33,584 bases of DNA from Candidatus Eiseniibacteriota bacterium (GCA_041483195.1 JBGPFC010000038.1:1-33584); one strand, 5' to 3'; shown: positions 7,762 to 17,723, counted from the stretch's first letter. Notes: generated from the letters alone by a model not told the origin. Made by a program: numbers and translations.

Positions 7762-9138
7762 TCAACGACCCGTGGGCGCCGAGGGCTCTCCGTCCCCTTC
7801 GAGGAGCGGCAGGAACGCGCTGAAGCGCGTGCCGGTACCCGGCTCGCTCCAACACTCGATCCAGCCACCGTGCTCCTCGAGGATGTCCTTGACCACGGGA
7901 AGCCCGAGGCCCGTGCCCTGGCCCGAGTCCTTCGTCGTGAAGAACGGCTCGAAGATGCGGGCCATCACCTCCGAGGTCATGCCATGGCCCGTGTCGTGGA
8001 CGGTGAGCTCCACGAGCTTCCGCTTGGGCGCCCCGGGCTGGGCGCTCCGCCGCGGAGATCTGCCGGGTACGCTTCGTGTCGCGAGCGTGAGGCGTCCGCC
8101 ATCGGGCATCGCGTCGCGCGCGTTGATGCACAGATTGATCAGCATCTGGCCGAGGCGCGAGGCATCCGCCATCACGAGCGCCGGGGCGGCCTCCAGCCGG
8201 GTCTCGATCTCGACCCGCGGCCCGATGGTGGGCGTGAGAAATCGAATCGATTCCACCACCAGTGCGTTCAGATCGAGGGGGCGAAGATCGAGCGTCGGAC
8301 GCCGGCTGAACAGCAGCAGCTGGCGCGTGAGCTCCGCCGCGCGCAGCGCCGCGCTCTCGCTGTCGCGCAGGCCCGGCACGATGGAATGATCGGCAGGCAG
8401 CTCCGCGAGCGACAGCGACAGGTTTCCCAGGATCACGGTGAGCAGGCTGCTCAAGTCGTGCGCGATTTCGCCCGACCGCTCGCTCACGAGATCGGCCTTC
8501 GATGGCCGCCGCGCTCCCACCGCCCGGCGCCGGCGTTCGCCGTTGACGGCGATGGAAACGAGCAGTCGGGAGAAATCCCCGCCCGCGTCTCGGACCGGCA
8601 CCGCCTCGATCGTCCAGGACACCGGACGCAGTCCCACCCACTCGATCTCGACGTCGGAGTCGCGAACGCGCTCCCCGGCGGCGAGTGCGCGATTCACGAG
8701 CGCCTCCACCGCGCCTCCCGCGAAATCCGGAAAGTGCTCGGAGAGCCGGGTGCCGTCGAGGGGCCGCTCTCCCCGATAGGGCTCCAGCAGCCGCGCGTAG
8801 GCGCGGTTCCAGGCGAGCGACTCGAGCCCGGGCACCGCCACCAGCAGAACGCCGGTCTCGATGTGATCGAGCATTTCCTCGAACCGGCCGCACGTGGTGC
8901 GCAGCGCGAAGACTTGACCGATGAGGCCGCCGAGTTCCTGGGCATTCAACGCGCTCGCGCCGGATTCCGGGCCCGCTCCCTCTGGAGTCGAGCGATCCGC
9001 GGACAGGCTCTCGCCCTCCGGAGCCCGCAGGGTGTCCGCTGGAGACGAAGGCGTGCCTTCCCAATTACGCGTCATCGTGAGGTGCACCGATTGGCCGGGC
9101 TCGTTCGCGCAACAGTGATTGTTATGAAGCAAGACCAT
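7762..9138 (-). CDS. Cytoplasmic PAS-like sensor histidine kinase (CckA/NtrB-like core, no receiver)
   Basis: H-box EIAHDLSSLL, N-box QMLINLCINARDAM, DTGHGM, FEPFFTTK, GTGLGL; no transmembrane segment; start uncertain (9138 or 9075). Confidence 0.85.
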   Translation of the reverse strand: MVLLHNNHCCANEPGQSVHLTMTRNWEGTPSSPADTLRAPEGESLSADRSTPEGAGPESGASALNAQELGGLIGQVFALRTTCGRFEEMLDHIETGVLLVAVPGLESLAWNRAYARLLEPYRGERPLDGTRLSEHFPDFAGGAVEALVNRALAAGERVRDSDVEIEWVGLRPVSWTIEAVPVRDAGGDFSRLLVSIAVNGERRRRAVGARRPSKADLVSERSGEIAHDLSSLLTVILGNLSLSLAELPADHSIVPGLRDSESAALRAAELTRQLLLFSRRPTLDLRPLDLNALVVESIRFLTPTIGPRVEIETRLEAAPALVMADASRLGQMLINLCINARDAMPDGGRLTLATRSVPGRSPRRSAQPGAPKRKLVELTVHDTGHGMTSEVMARIFEPFFTTKDSGQGTGLGLPVVKDILEEHGGWIECWSEPGTGTRFSAFLPLLEGDGEPSAPTGR

Positions 9139-9178
9139 ACCGCAAGCAGAATAGTTTTCCAGATATTTTTGCGACCAA

Positions 9179-10216
9179 TCAGTTATTTGTCTTGAATTGG
9201 CTTCGCGCCGTGGAGGTCAGCGCGGCGGCGAGCGTGAGTTCGCGTGGCCGCTCCGCGTAGCCGGGATGGCTGCGCTGCGGCCGGTGTTCGAGATGCCAGC
9301 GCACGACCGACGGGAGGTAGCCGCTTATCGGGGAGGCCGCGGATCCGAGCTCGAGTGCCGAGCGCGCGGGGTCGAGCACCGACGACCATCGACCCGCGAA
9401 CGGTGAACAGGCCGGCGAGAGTCCCGCGCGCCGCATCTCGTCCCACGACGCGGCGACGAAACGCGGCGACACGCCCGCCGCATGCGCGATCCGCTCGAGC
9501 AGTTCCCGAAGCGGCAGCGTCTCCCGTGGAGCGAGGTTGAGGACCGTGGACCGCGCCGGCTCATGCACCAGGCACACGAGCGCGCGGGCGAGATCGCCGG
9601 CATGAAGGTGCCCCATCGGCTGCTCGCCGCCCGCCGGCAGCAGGATCGCCCCCCCGTCGAGCATGCGTTCGAGATATGCCCACAGTCGCAGGGTCCCGTC
9701 GCCTTCGCCCTGAACGATCGGGAGTCTCAGGATGGTCGCGCGCACCGCGTGCGTTTCGAGCAGGGCGAGCGCCGCCGCCTCCGCGCGCCGCTTGCCGATG
9801 CCGTAGCGCCACTGGGCGTGATCGAACGTGCCCGGCGGCGGCTCCGGCATGAGGGGCCGGTCGCTGTCCGCCTCGCGATAGGGTGGCTTCGCGCCATCGG
9901 TCACGAGATACACCTGCCCGCTCGAGATCAGGATGTATCGCCCGAGCGCCGCGCGCGGCGCGCCGAACAGACACTCCACGTCGCCGGCATCCCAGGCGAG
10001 GAAATCCACGGTGAGGTCGAAGCGCCGGCCGTCGATGACGCGAGCGAGCGACTCGCGGTCGGCGCGATCGGCGGTGATGCGCTCGGCGCCGTCGGCCGGC
10101 CCGGTGCCGCGCGCGAGCACGCTCACCCGGTGCCCCGCCGCGAGCAGCGCACGCCGCGCGTGGCCGCCGAGGAATCCGGTGCCCCCGAGCAGCAGGATCG
10201 AGCGGGATGCGCTCAC
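9179..10216 (-). CDS. NAD-dependent epimerase/dehydratase family (atypical SDR)
   Basis: ILLLGGTGFLG Rossmann motif, YILISSGQVY, YGIGK (YxxxK), ILRLPIVQG; GTG 10216 preferred, ATG 10288 possible. Confidence 0.85.
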   Translation of the reverse strand: MSASRSILLLGGTGFLGGHARRALLAAGHRVSVLARGTGPADGAERITADRADRESLARVIDGRRFDLTVDFLAWDAGDVECLFGAPRAALGRYILISSGQVYLVTDGAKPPYREADSDRPLMPEPPPGTFDHAQWRYGIGKRRAEAAALALLETHAVRATILRLPIVQGEGDGTLRLWAYLERMLDGGAILLPAGGEQPMGHLHAGDLARALVCLVHEPARSTVLNLAPRETLPLRELLERIAHAAGVSPRFVAASWDEMRRAGLSPACSPFAGRWSSVLDPARSALELGSAASPISGYLPSVVRWHLEHRPQRSHPGYAERPRELTLAAALTSTARSQFKTNN

Positions 10217-10321
10217 TGCGGAATCCGGCGCGGGACGGGGCGAGGCATGCTCGAAGCCTAGCGCCTCGGTCCCCCCTCGCGCGAACATCGCGCGCGACGC
10301 CCGAGCGGGGGCTGGTCGGGG

Positions 10322-10960
10322 TCAGGCGGCGCGGGGCTTCGGAGCGGTGCGCGCGGACCGGCAGGCGGTGCATGCCTCCTCGACCGTCGCACCCGCGGCG
10401 TCACGGTCGAAGAACCGCTCCGGCTCGACCCACTCCCCATCCTGGCCGCGGAGCTTTCCACAGCTGGAGCAACGCGCGGGGGGGCGGGCGCGCCGCTCGA
10501 GCTCGACGCGGGCGCTCTCGAGGTCGGCGTTGCTGAGCTCGAGCTCGCCGAGCTTCTGCCTGAGCTCCTGCGTGAGCAGCACGATGCGCAGCCCGGCCCG
10601 CACGCGGGCCATGAGCTCGCCGTGGTCGCAGGGCTTGACCAGATAGTCGTCTGCACCGGTCTCGAGCCCGAGCAATCGATCGCTGATCTCGCCCTTCGCG
10701 GTGAGCAGGATGAAGTAGGGTGCAGCCTCGCGCAGCCCGGTCTTCACCGACTGACACAGCTCGAGGCCGTCCACCTGCGGCATCATCCAGTCGGACACGA
10801 CCAGGTCGGGCTCGGAGTCCACGATCGCCTTCATGCCGTCGCGGCCGTCCGCCGCCGTGAACACCTGATAGCCCTCGGCGCTGAGCCGCTTCACCAGCAC
10901 CCGCTGGAAGAAGGGGTCGTCCTCGACGACCAGCACCCGGATGTCGCCGGTCGCCTTCAC
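10322..10960 (-). CDS. Response regulator: receiver + coiled coil + C-terminal CxxC...CxxC domain
   Basis: GTG 10960 overlaps the upstream TGA (GTGA); VLVVEDD, VVSDWMMP, ILLTAK, GADDYLVKP; tail RCSSCGKLRGQDGEW...ACTAC. Confidence 0.88.
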   Translation of the reverse strand: MKATGDIRVLVVEDDPFFQRVLVKRLSAEGYQVFTAADGRDGMKAIVDSEPDLVVSDWMMPQVDGLELCQSVKTGLREAAPYFILLTAKGEISDRLLGLETGADDYLVKPCDHGELMARVRAGLRIVLLTQELRQKLGELELSNADLESARVELERRARPPARCSSCGKLRGQDGEWVEPERFFDRDAAGATVEEACTACRSARTAPKPRAA

Positions 10961-11358
10961 GCGGCAGCCTCCAGGAAATTGCGCACCTGCAGGACGAACG
11001 CCGCGTGGTCCACGATCGGCTTTGCGACGTAGTCGTCGGCGCCGCTCTCGGCGAGCAGGCGCTCGGCGTCGCCGCGCATGGCGTGCGCGGTCGCCAGCAC
11101 CACCGGAACCCCGACCGTCTGCGGATCGGACTTGAGCCGCTGGCACAGCTCGACGCCATTGATCGGGCGGCCCTGCCAGTGCGAATTGGTGAGCGAGACG
11201 TCCATCAGCACCAGGCTCACTCCCCCTCCACGCAGCATGTGGAAGAGCTCGTCCGGGGACTCGGTCACCGTCACGCTCACGCCGCAACGCTTCTCGAGCA
11301 GCTTGCGGAACAGCGTCGCGTTGTGCGGGTCGTCCTCGACCACGATCACATGCGTCAT
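10957..11358 (-). CDS. Single-domain response regulator (DivK/DevR-like)
   Basis: ATG 11358 overlaps the kinase stop (ATGA); 133 aa; IVVEDD, VLMDVSL, LATAHAMRGD, GADDYVAKP. Confidence 0.9.
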   Translation of the reverse strand: MTHVIVVEDDPHNATLFRKLLEKRCGVSVTVTESPDELFHMLRGGGVSLVLMDVSLTNSHWQGRPINGVELCQRLKSDPQTVGVPVVLATAHAMRGDAERLLAESGADDYVAKPIVDHAAFVLQVRNFLEAAA

Positions 11359-14300
11359 GCCGCCCGCTCCATTCCACCGTCCGGCTCGCGCGTCGCGGCG
11401 GCCGCCTGTCCGTGCCGAACGGCTTCGGCCGCGACCTGCAGGTGCCAGTCGATGATGTGCGGAAGCAACTGGGGATTGTCGTGCACCGTCATCTTGGGAA
11501 GCACGTCGAGCACCAGGCCCTGCTCGAGCAGCCGGCGTTCCTCCTCGTTGCGGCCTTCCGGAAAGTTCGTGAGCACCAGCACCGGCATCTCCGACCCGAT
11601 CCCGGTCAGCGTCATCTCGCGCAGCACGTCGTAGCCGCTCACCTCGGGCATCATGAGATCGAGCAGCAGGAGATCGAATCCACGCGGCTGCGTGCGGAGC
11701 GCGTGAAGGCACTCCTCGCCGTTCTGCGCGTGCTCGACGTAGAAGCGGCCTTCGGGAAGCACCTTCCGCACGTAAGCTGCGACCGACGGGTCGTCGTCGG
11801 CCATCAGGATGCGCACGGTCCGGCCTTCCACGGATCCGAGCAGTTCCTGAATCTTGGCGAGCAGCGCGCCGCCGTCGATCGGCTTCATGAGATGCTCGGG
11901 GCGCCGCGCGAATGCCGTCGACTTGAGCTTGTCGCGCAGCTCGTCGTCGAAGCCGGTTACGAAGATGAGCGGGATGTGGCGGGTCTGGGCATCCGACGTC
12001 ATCCGCTCCGCGAGGTCCCACCCGGTGCGAAGCGCCGCTCCCTCGGGACAGGTCAGCGCGTAGTCGAGGACAACGATCGAGGGGCGCAGCCGCCGCGCGA
12101 TCGCCCATCCGCCTTCGGCGTGCGCGGCCTGCACGGTGCGATATCCGTTCTGATGAAGGAGCGAGCTGAGATAGCGACGGAACGGGGCGTCGTCTTCGAC
12201 GACCAACACCAGCGCGCCGCCGCTCGGGCCCTCGATGCGGTCCGTGGGGTGGTCGTCGGCCGGAGCGTGCTCTGCGCCCTCCGGCCAGGTGGGCAGCGAG
12301 AAGTACATGCGCGTGCCCTTCCCGAGCCCATCGCTCTGAGCGCCGATGATGCCGCCCATCAATTCGACCAGGCTGCGCGAGATCGCGAGCCCGAGACCGG
12401 TGCCGCCGTACTTGCGCGTGGTGCTGCCATCACCCTGCGTGAACTTCTCGAAGATGAGCTTCTGCCGGGTGGCATCGATCCCGATGCCGGTGTCGACGAC
12501 TTCGAACATGAAGTGGCCGAGCTCGGGATGCGCCCCGGCGCGCACCGTGATCGTCCCGCTGGGCGTGAACTTGAGGCTGTTCCCCACCAGGTTGATCAGG
12601 ATCTGCTTGATCTTGCCGAAATCGCCGCGCACCGTGAACGTGCGGCCCTCCGGCGGCCGGAAGGTGAGCGTGATGCCCTTCTGCGCCGCCTGAACGTGGG
12701 TCACCGTGTAGACCTCGTCGAACAGCGCGTGAACGTCCACGCGTTCGATGTCGAGCGTCAGCTTGCCGGCCTCGATCTTCGCGATGTCGAGCACGTCGTT
12801 GATGAGCCCGAGCAGATGGCGCGAACATTGGAGGGCCTGCTTCATGAAGTCCCGCTCTTCATCCTTCGAATCGCACAGCCCATCGAGCACCAGCTGGAGA
12901 AAACCAATCATGCCGTTCAGGGGGGTGCGCAGCTCGTGCGACGTGTTCGCGAGGAACTCGCTCTTGAGCCGCGACGCCTCCTCGAGCTGGGCGTTCACCT
13001 CTTCGAGGCGGCGATTGCTGATCTCGAGGCCGTCGGCGAAGGACCGGATGCGCTCCTCGGCCTGCACCCGCTCGCTGACGTCGCGAACGATCGCGGTGTA
13101 GAGCATGTCCACGTCTTCGCCCGCCCGGCCCAGCGAAAGCTCGACCGGCAGCACCGTGCCGTCCGCCCGGAAGGCCTCGGTGCGCGATACCGCGCCCGGA
13201 GCCGGGAGCAGGATTCCACCGGTCGCGGAGGGGGTGCCCCAGTGAAGAAACCGATGCAGCGGCTGCCCCTCGATCTCGGCGGCGGGCCGCCCGAACAGAT
13301 TCTCGGCGGCGCGGTTCACGCTCACCATGCGCCCCTCGCGATCGAAGGTGAGGATCGCGTCGAATGCGGTGTCGAAGATCGCCTGCACGCGCGCGGCATG
13401 GCGGCGCGTGACCTCGGTCTCACGCTCGGCGAGTCCGCTCGCGTATTGTCGCCGCCAGAACCAGAACGCACCGAGCGCGAGCAGCAGCATCGCGAGATCC
13501 AGCGCGAGCAAGCCCACGATCGTGCCACGCATGCTCTCGGTCATCGCGGCCCGATCTACCTGGGTCACGAGACCCCAGCCGCGCTCGGGCAGGTAGCGGG
13601 TCACGGTCCACAGCGTGTGCTGGTTCGCGTCGGTGGCCTCGACGCTGGACTCCACGCCCTCGGCGGCGATGGCGGCCGGCCGCAGCAGCGGCGTATCCAG
13701 CGGGGCGCGCTGTCCGGCGTGCAGTCCCAGGCTCGCGGGCGGCGAGGTGAGACACACGATCTCCTGGCCGGCCCGGCGCACGAGGTAAGCGCCGGCGGTG
13801 GGACCGAATCCCGGCCAGCTCATGAGCAGCGGGAGCAGCACGTCCTCGACGCTCGCCTGAAACACCATCACGGCGGACGGGTGGCCGGGGGCGGCGCCCG
13901 GCACCGGGATCGCGAGCGCGAGCAGCTGCGGCGCTCCCCCCTCTGCGGAGACCGCTTCCATCACGCTCTGCCCGCTCGCCGCCGTGCGCGCGGCGAGGTC
14001 GCGACCGGTCTGGCCCCCGGCACCCGGATCGTCGCGGGTGGTGAGCACCTGCGACCCGTCGGACCTGAGCAAGTCGATCGCGTGGAACTGGAAGGCGGCC
14101 GCCGCGCGCTGGAGCTCGCGGCGCAATGCCGCGCTTTCGGCGGGCGAGAGGGTGCCGGCCGCCGCGTCGTACGCCCGGGTCTGGAGCGCGGCCTGTTCGG
14201 CGACGAATCGCGCCTGGTGCTCGAACTGCCACAGGAGGTCGCGGACCTCCTCGCGCTTCGCGTCGGTGTGGGCCGCCAGCTGGCCCCAGCGCTGCCGCAC

Positions 14301-14519
14301 CAGGTGGGTGCGCGCGCTCTGGAGGATGCCGAAGTTGAGCAGGGTGACGCTGATCGCGGCGAGCGCGATCAGCCCGGCGGCGATGCGCCGCGACTCGTGC
14401 CGCGACTCCGCTCCCCGCGAGAAGAGAAAATGCGCAGCTTGACCCCCGCCCCGCGGGGAAGGGTTCGGGGTGGCCGTGGAATCCGGCCGCAGCAGGGCGG
14501 GTGGATCAAGGGGGGGCAT
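11355..14519 (-). CDS. Membrane hybrid sensor kinase (TM, Cache-like periplasmic domain, TM, PAS, HisKA, HATPase, REC, REC)
   Basis: Two hydrophobic helices; PAS (AIFDTAFDAIL..VNRAAENLFG); SEFLANTSHELRTPLN; LINLVGNSLKFT, DTGIGI, YGGTGLGL; two receivers with phospho-Asp (VLDY, LLDLMMP). Confidence 0.92.
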   Translation of the reverse strand: MPPLDPPALLRPDSTATPNPSPRGGGQAAHFLFSRGAESRHESRRIAAGLIALAAISVTLLNFGILQSARTHLVRQRWGQLAAHTDAKREEVRDLLWQFEHQARFVAEQAALQTRAYDAAAGTLSPAESAALRRELQRAAAAFQFHAIDLLRSDGSQVLTTRDDPGAGGQTGRDLAARTAASGQSVMEAVSAEGGAPQLLALAIPVPGAAPGHPSAVMVFQASVEDVLLPLLMSWPGFGPTAGAYLVRRAGQEIVCLTSPPASLGLHAGQRAPLDTPLLRPAAIAAEGVESSVEATDANQHTLWTVTRYLPERGWGLVTQVDRAAMTESMRGTIVGLLALDLAMLLLALGAFWFWRRQYASGLAERETEVTRRHAARVQAIFDTAFDAILTFDREGRMVSVNRAAENLFGRPAAEIEGQPLHRFLHWGTPSATGGILLPAPGAVSRTEAFRADGTVLPVELSLGRAGEDVDMLYTAIVRDVSERVQAEERIRSFADGLEISNRRLEEVNAQLEEASRLKSEFLANTSHELRTPLNGMIGFLQLVLDGLCDSKDEERDFMKQALQCSRHLLGLINDVLDIAKIEAGKLTLDIERVDVHALFDEVYTVTHVQAAQKGITLTFRPPEGRTFTVRGDFGKIKQILINLVGNSLKFTPSGTITVRAGAHPELGHFMFEVVDTGIGIDATRQKLIFEKFTQGDGSTTRKYGGTGLGLAISRSLVELMGGIIGAQSDGLGKGTRMYFSLPTWPEGAEHAPADDHPTDRIEGPSGGALVLVVEDDAPFRRYLSSLLHQNGYRTVQAAHAEGGWAIARRLRPSIVVLDYALTCPEGAALRTGWDLAERMTSDAQTRHIPLIFVTGFDDELRDKLKSTAFARRPEHLMKPIDGGALLAKIQELLGSVEGRTVRILMADDDPSVAAYVRKVLPEGRFYVEHAQNGEECLHALRTQPRGFDLLLLDLMMPEVSGYDVLREMTLTGIGSEMPVLVLTNFPEGRNEEERRLLEQGLVLDVLPKMTVHDNPQLLPHIIDWHLQVAAEAVRHGQAAAATREPDGGMERAA

Positions 14520-14561
14520 AGGCGTGGGGGGCGGCGCCCGGAGGCGTCTCCCCCACCTGTC

Positions 14562-14588
14562 TATTCGGCCCGTAGCTGTGAAACTTGA
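14562..14588 (-). promoter_or_regulatory. Sigma28 (FliA/SigD/WhiG)-like promoter of the signalling operon
   Basis: TCAAG (14588-14584), N14, GCCGAATA (14569-14562), close to consensus TAAA-N15-GCCGATAA. Confidence 0.6.
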
Positions 14589-14623
14589 GCGCGTTTAGCG
14601 CAGCTGGCGCGGCGCGCGCCGTA

Positions 14624-16492
14624 TTATTTTTGCCAGTATCTGGGGCGCACGTTTCCAGGCAGGACGCGCTTGCGCAGGCGCAGGCTCGCGGGCGTCACCT
14701 CGAGCAGCTCGTCCTCTCGAATCCACTCGAGCGCCTGCTCCAGCGAGAGATTGCGCGCCGGGAGCAGGTGGACCCCTTCATCGGAGGTGGAGGCGCGCAT
14801 GTTCGTGAGCTTCTTCTCCTTCACGATGTTCACGTCGATGTCTTCTTCCCGCGCGTTCTCCCCGACGATCATGCCTTCGTACACGCGGCGGCCGGGCTCG
14901 ACGAACATCTCGCCCCGGTCCTGCACGTGCTCGATCGCGTAGGCCGTGGTCTTGCCGGACCGGTCGGACACCAGCGCCCCGGTGGTGCGGTGGGGGATCT
15001 CGCCCTGCCACGGCTCGTATCCGTCGAAGATGTGGTTCAGGAGGCCGGTGCCGCGCGTGTCGGTGAGGAACTGGCTGCGGAATCCGATCAGCCCGCGCGA
15101 TGGAATGCGGAACTCGAGGCGGACGCGGCCGGTGCCGTGGTTCACCATGTTGGTCATCCGGCCCTTGCGGTTGCCGAGCTTCTGCGTGACGACGCCGACG
15201 TAAGCTTCGGGGCAGTCGATCACGAGCTTCTCCATCGGCTCCTGCTTCGTGCCGTCGACCAGGCGGACGATGACCTCGGGCTTGCTCGCCGCCAGCTCGT
15301 AGCCCTCACGTCTCATCATCTCGATCAGGATCGCCATCTGCAGCTCGCCGCGCCCCGAGACCTTGAAGATGTCGGGCGTGTCGCCGGCCTCGATGCGGAT
15401 ACCGACGTTGGTGAGGATCTCGCGATCGAGGCGCTCGCGGAGGTTGCGCGACGTGACGTACTTCCCCTCCAGGCCGGCGAACGGGGAATTGTTCACAGAG
15501 AACATCATGCTGACCGTCGGCTCGTCGATCACGACCCGCTCCAGCGGCCTCGGATCGTCGGGGTCGCCGATGGTCTCGCCGATGTTGACCTCCTCGAATC
15601 CCGCGAGCGCGACGATGTCTCCGGGCCCGGCCTCCATGACCTCGACGCGCTCCAGTCCCTCGAAGGCGTACAGGTTGGTGACCCGGGTGCGGGTGACGCT
15701 GCCGTCGAGCCGGCACAGCGCGACGTCCTGCCGCGCCCGGACGTGGCCGTTGAAGATGCGTCCGATCGCGAGCCGGCCCACGAAGTCCGAGTAGTCGAGA
15801 TTGAGGATCAGCATCTGCAGCGGGCTCATGCGGTCGTAGCGGGGCGGGGGGATGGTGCGGATGATCTCCTCGAACAGCGGCAGCAGCGGCATGTTCTCGC
15901 CGTCCGGCGTGAGCCGGCAGACGCCGTCGCGCGCGATGGTGTAGAGCACCGGGAACTCGAGCTGGCTCTCGTGGGCGTCGAGGTCGATGAACAGGTCGTA
16001 GATCTCGTTCAGCACCTCCTGCGGGCGCGCGTCCTTGCGGTCGATCTTGTTGATGACCACGATCGGCGGCAGCGAGAGCTCGAGCGCCTTCTTCAGCACG
16101 AACCGGGTCTGCGGCAGCGGGCCCTCGCTCGCATCCACCAGCAGCAGCACGCCGTCCACCATCTTCAGCGTGCGCTCGACCTCGCCGCCGAAATCGGCGT
16201 GGCCCGGGGTGTCCACGATGTTGATCTTGTGCTTCCCGAATCGCACGGCGGTGTTCTTGGCGAGGATGGTGATGCCCTTCTCGCGCTCGAGGTCGTTCGA
16301 GTCCATGACCCGCTCGACGACCTCCTGGTTCGCGCGGAACACGCCGCTCTGCCAGAGCAGGGCGTCGACCAGCGTCGTCTTGCCGTGATCGACGTGGGCG
16401 ATGATCGCGATATTGCGCAGGTCCTCGCGAGCGGCGCGCGCGCCGTCGGCAGGCACGGCGCCGGTGCTCGCGGCGGATGACGTCGTATCCAA
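14624..16492 (-). CDS. typA: Translational GTPase TypA/BipA
   Basis: [74 protein letters not shown] start. Confidence 0.96.
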   Translation of the reverse strand: MDTTSSAASTGAVPADGARAAREDLRNIAIIAHVDHGKTTLVDALLWQSGVFRANQEVVERVMDSNDLEREKGITILAKNTAVRFGKHKINIVDTPGHADFGGEVERTLKMVDGVLLLVDASEGPLPQTRFVLKKALELSLPPIVVINKIDRKDARPQEVLNEIYDLFIDLDAHESQLEFPVLYTIARDGVCRLTPDGENMPLLPLFEEIIRTIPPPRYDRMSPLQMLILNLDYSDFVGRLAIGRIFNGHVRARQDVALCRLDGSVTRTRVTNLYAFEGLERVEVMEAGPGDIVALAGFEEVNIGETIGDPDDPRPLERVVIDEPTVSMMFSVNNSPFAGLEGKYVTSRNLRERLDREILTNVGIRIEAGDTPDIFKVSGRGELQMAILIEMMRREGYELAASKPEVIVRLVDGTKQEPMEKLVIDCPEAYVGVVTQKLGNRKGRMTNMVNHGTGRVRLEFRIPSRGLIGFRSQFLTDTRGTGLLNHIFDGYEPWQGEIPHRTTGALVSDRSGKTTAYAIEHVQDRGEMFVEPGRRVYEGMIVGENAREEDIDVNIVKEKKLTNMRASTSDEGVHLLPARNLSLEQALEWIREDELLEVTPASLRLRKRVLPGNVRPRYWQK

Positions 16493-16502
16493 GTGATCCC
16501 CC

Positions 16503-17723
16503 CTAATGATCCGAGGCCGCCGGATGCTCGCCGGCGTCCAGATTGTCGCGCAGCCGCGGCCAGTAGCCGGGGTGCACGGTGAGCGCGTCGTAGGAATAGA
16601 CGGCGAGCGTCGAGAAGCCCAGCGCTCGTGCCCCTTTGATCTTGGCCGCGGCGTCCGCCGGCGGCGTGTTGTAGACCGCGATGCCCGGCACGACGCGGCC
16701 GTCGGTTCCGAAATCCGAGGCGAAGCCCTGCAGCTGGCGCATCACGGTCTGCACATCCGGCGCGTAACACATCGCGAACGCGCGGTCGATGAGGCCGTCG
16801 CGCAGCCACGCGCGCCAGGTCTGCGCATGATCGCGCGCGGCGCTCACGGTGTCTGCGAGCACGGCGGCGCTGATCGAGAAGCCCGCGCGGGATCCGACCG
16901 AGTCGCGCACCTCACGCACCACGGCGGTCACCTCCTCCGAGCGGAAAGCGCTCCACGCGGAGTCCACCCCCGGCCTCGCAGCCACCGAGACGCGATCGAA
17001 GCGCGCCGGATCGACCCCGCTGCGCAGCGCGAACTCGGCGCGGGTCGTCGGGTCGAACCCGGTGCCGGCACGGGGCTCGCGGATGTAATCGAGATGTATG
17101 CCGTCCACCGGATAACGCTCCACGATCTCCTTCGCCACCGAGCCCAGATACGCCCGTACCCCGGGATGGGCCGGAGACAGATACACGCCTTCCACCATCA
17201 GGCGCCTGCGCTCCCGCATCCCGAGCGCCGACATCCGCCGCCCGTCGCGCAGCCGCGCGATCCATTCCGGATGCGCGTTCATCACGTGGCGCGGATCGCG
17301 CGGGGGCCGCGGTCCGGACCACACCAGCAGGCAATTCATCCACGCGTGCACCTCGAGTCCCGCCGCGTGCGCGAGGGCGACGATCTCGCCGAGCGGATCG
17401 AAGTCCGAACGCGGCAGGGCCTCGGCCCGCGGCAGCAGGTCCGAGCGATAGTAGGCGTCGCCCCGTCCCACGACCTGCACCAGCAGGCCCCGCACTCCCA
17501 TCGCCCGCGCGTCGCGCACCACTCCCCCGATCTGCGCCGAATCGAGCAGCGCGGTGCGCACCACCCACACGTATTCGAAGCGCCGGTGCCCGCGCGCCGC
17601 GACCCCGGCCGAGTCTGCCGCCGGCGCCCGGGCCGAGTCGGCGGGCGCGAGCCCGAACGCGGAATCCGGTGCGACCCCGGCCCGAGTCGCCGGCGGGAGA
17701 GCGGCGAGCGCCGCCAGCATCAA
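16503..17723 (-). CDS. GHL10/DUF187 (YddW/DigH-like) glycoside hydrolase, probably exported
   Basis: [57 protein letters not shown]-terminus ambiguous (see findings). Confidence 0.85.
   Translation of the reverse strand: MMLAALAALPPATRAGVAPDSAFGLAPADSARAPAADSAGVAARGHRRFEYVWVVRTALLDSAQIGGVVRDARAMGVRGLLVQVVGRGDAYYRSDLLPRAEALPRSDFDPLGEIVALAHAAGLEVHAWMNCLLVWSGPRPPRDPRHVMNAHPEWIARLRDGRRMSALGMRERRRLMVEGVYLSPAHPGVRAYLGSVAKEIVERYPVDGIHLDYIREPRAGTGFDPTTRAEFALRSGVDPARFDRVSVAARPGVDSAWSAFRSEEVTAVVREVRDSVGSRAGFSISAAVLADTVSAARDHAQTWRAWLRDGLIDRAFAMCYAPDVQTVMRQLQGFASDFGTDGRVVPGIAVYNTPPADAAAKIKGARALGFSTLAVYSYDALTVHPGYWPRLRDNLDAGEHPAASDH

Noticed and set aside
9129..9142. Sigma54-like CGGTATGGTCTTGC upstream of the orphan kinase (and TGGCGCTGGAATGC near 5000)
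   Set aside because: GG-to-GC spacing is 9 nt rather than the strictly required 10
11412..14588. 1058-aa plus-strand ORF and similar long antisense ORFs (5449-7530, 14585-16480, 16506-18323, 17669-19492)
   Set aside because: Shadow frames opposite well-supported genes; no motifs; expected from stop-codon scarcity in GC-rich DNA
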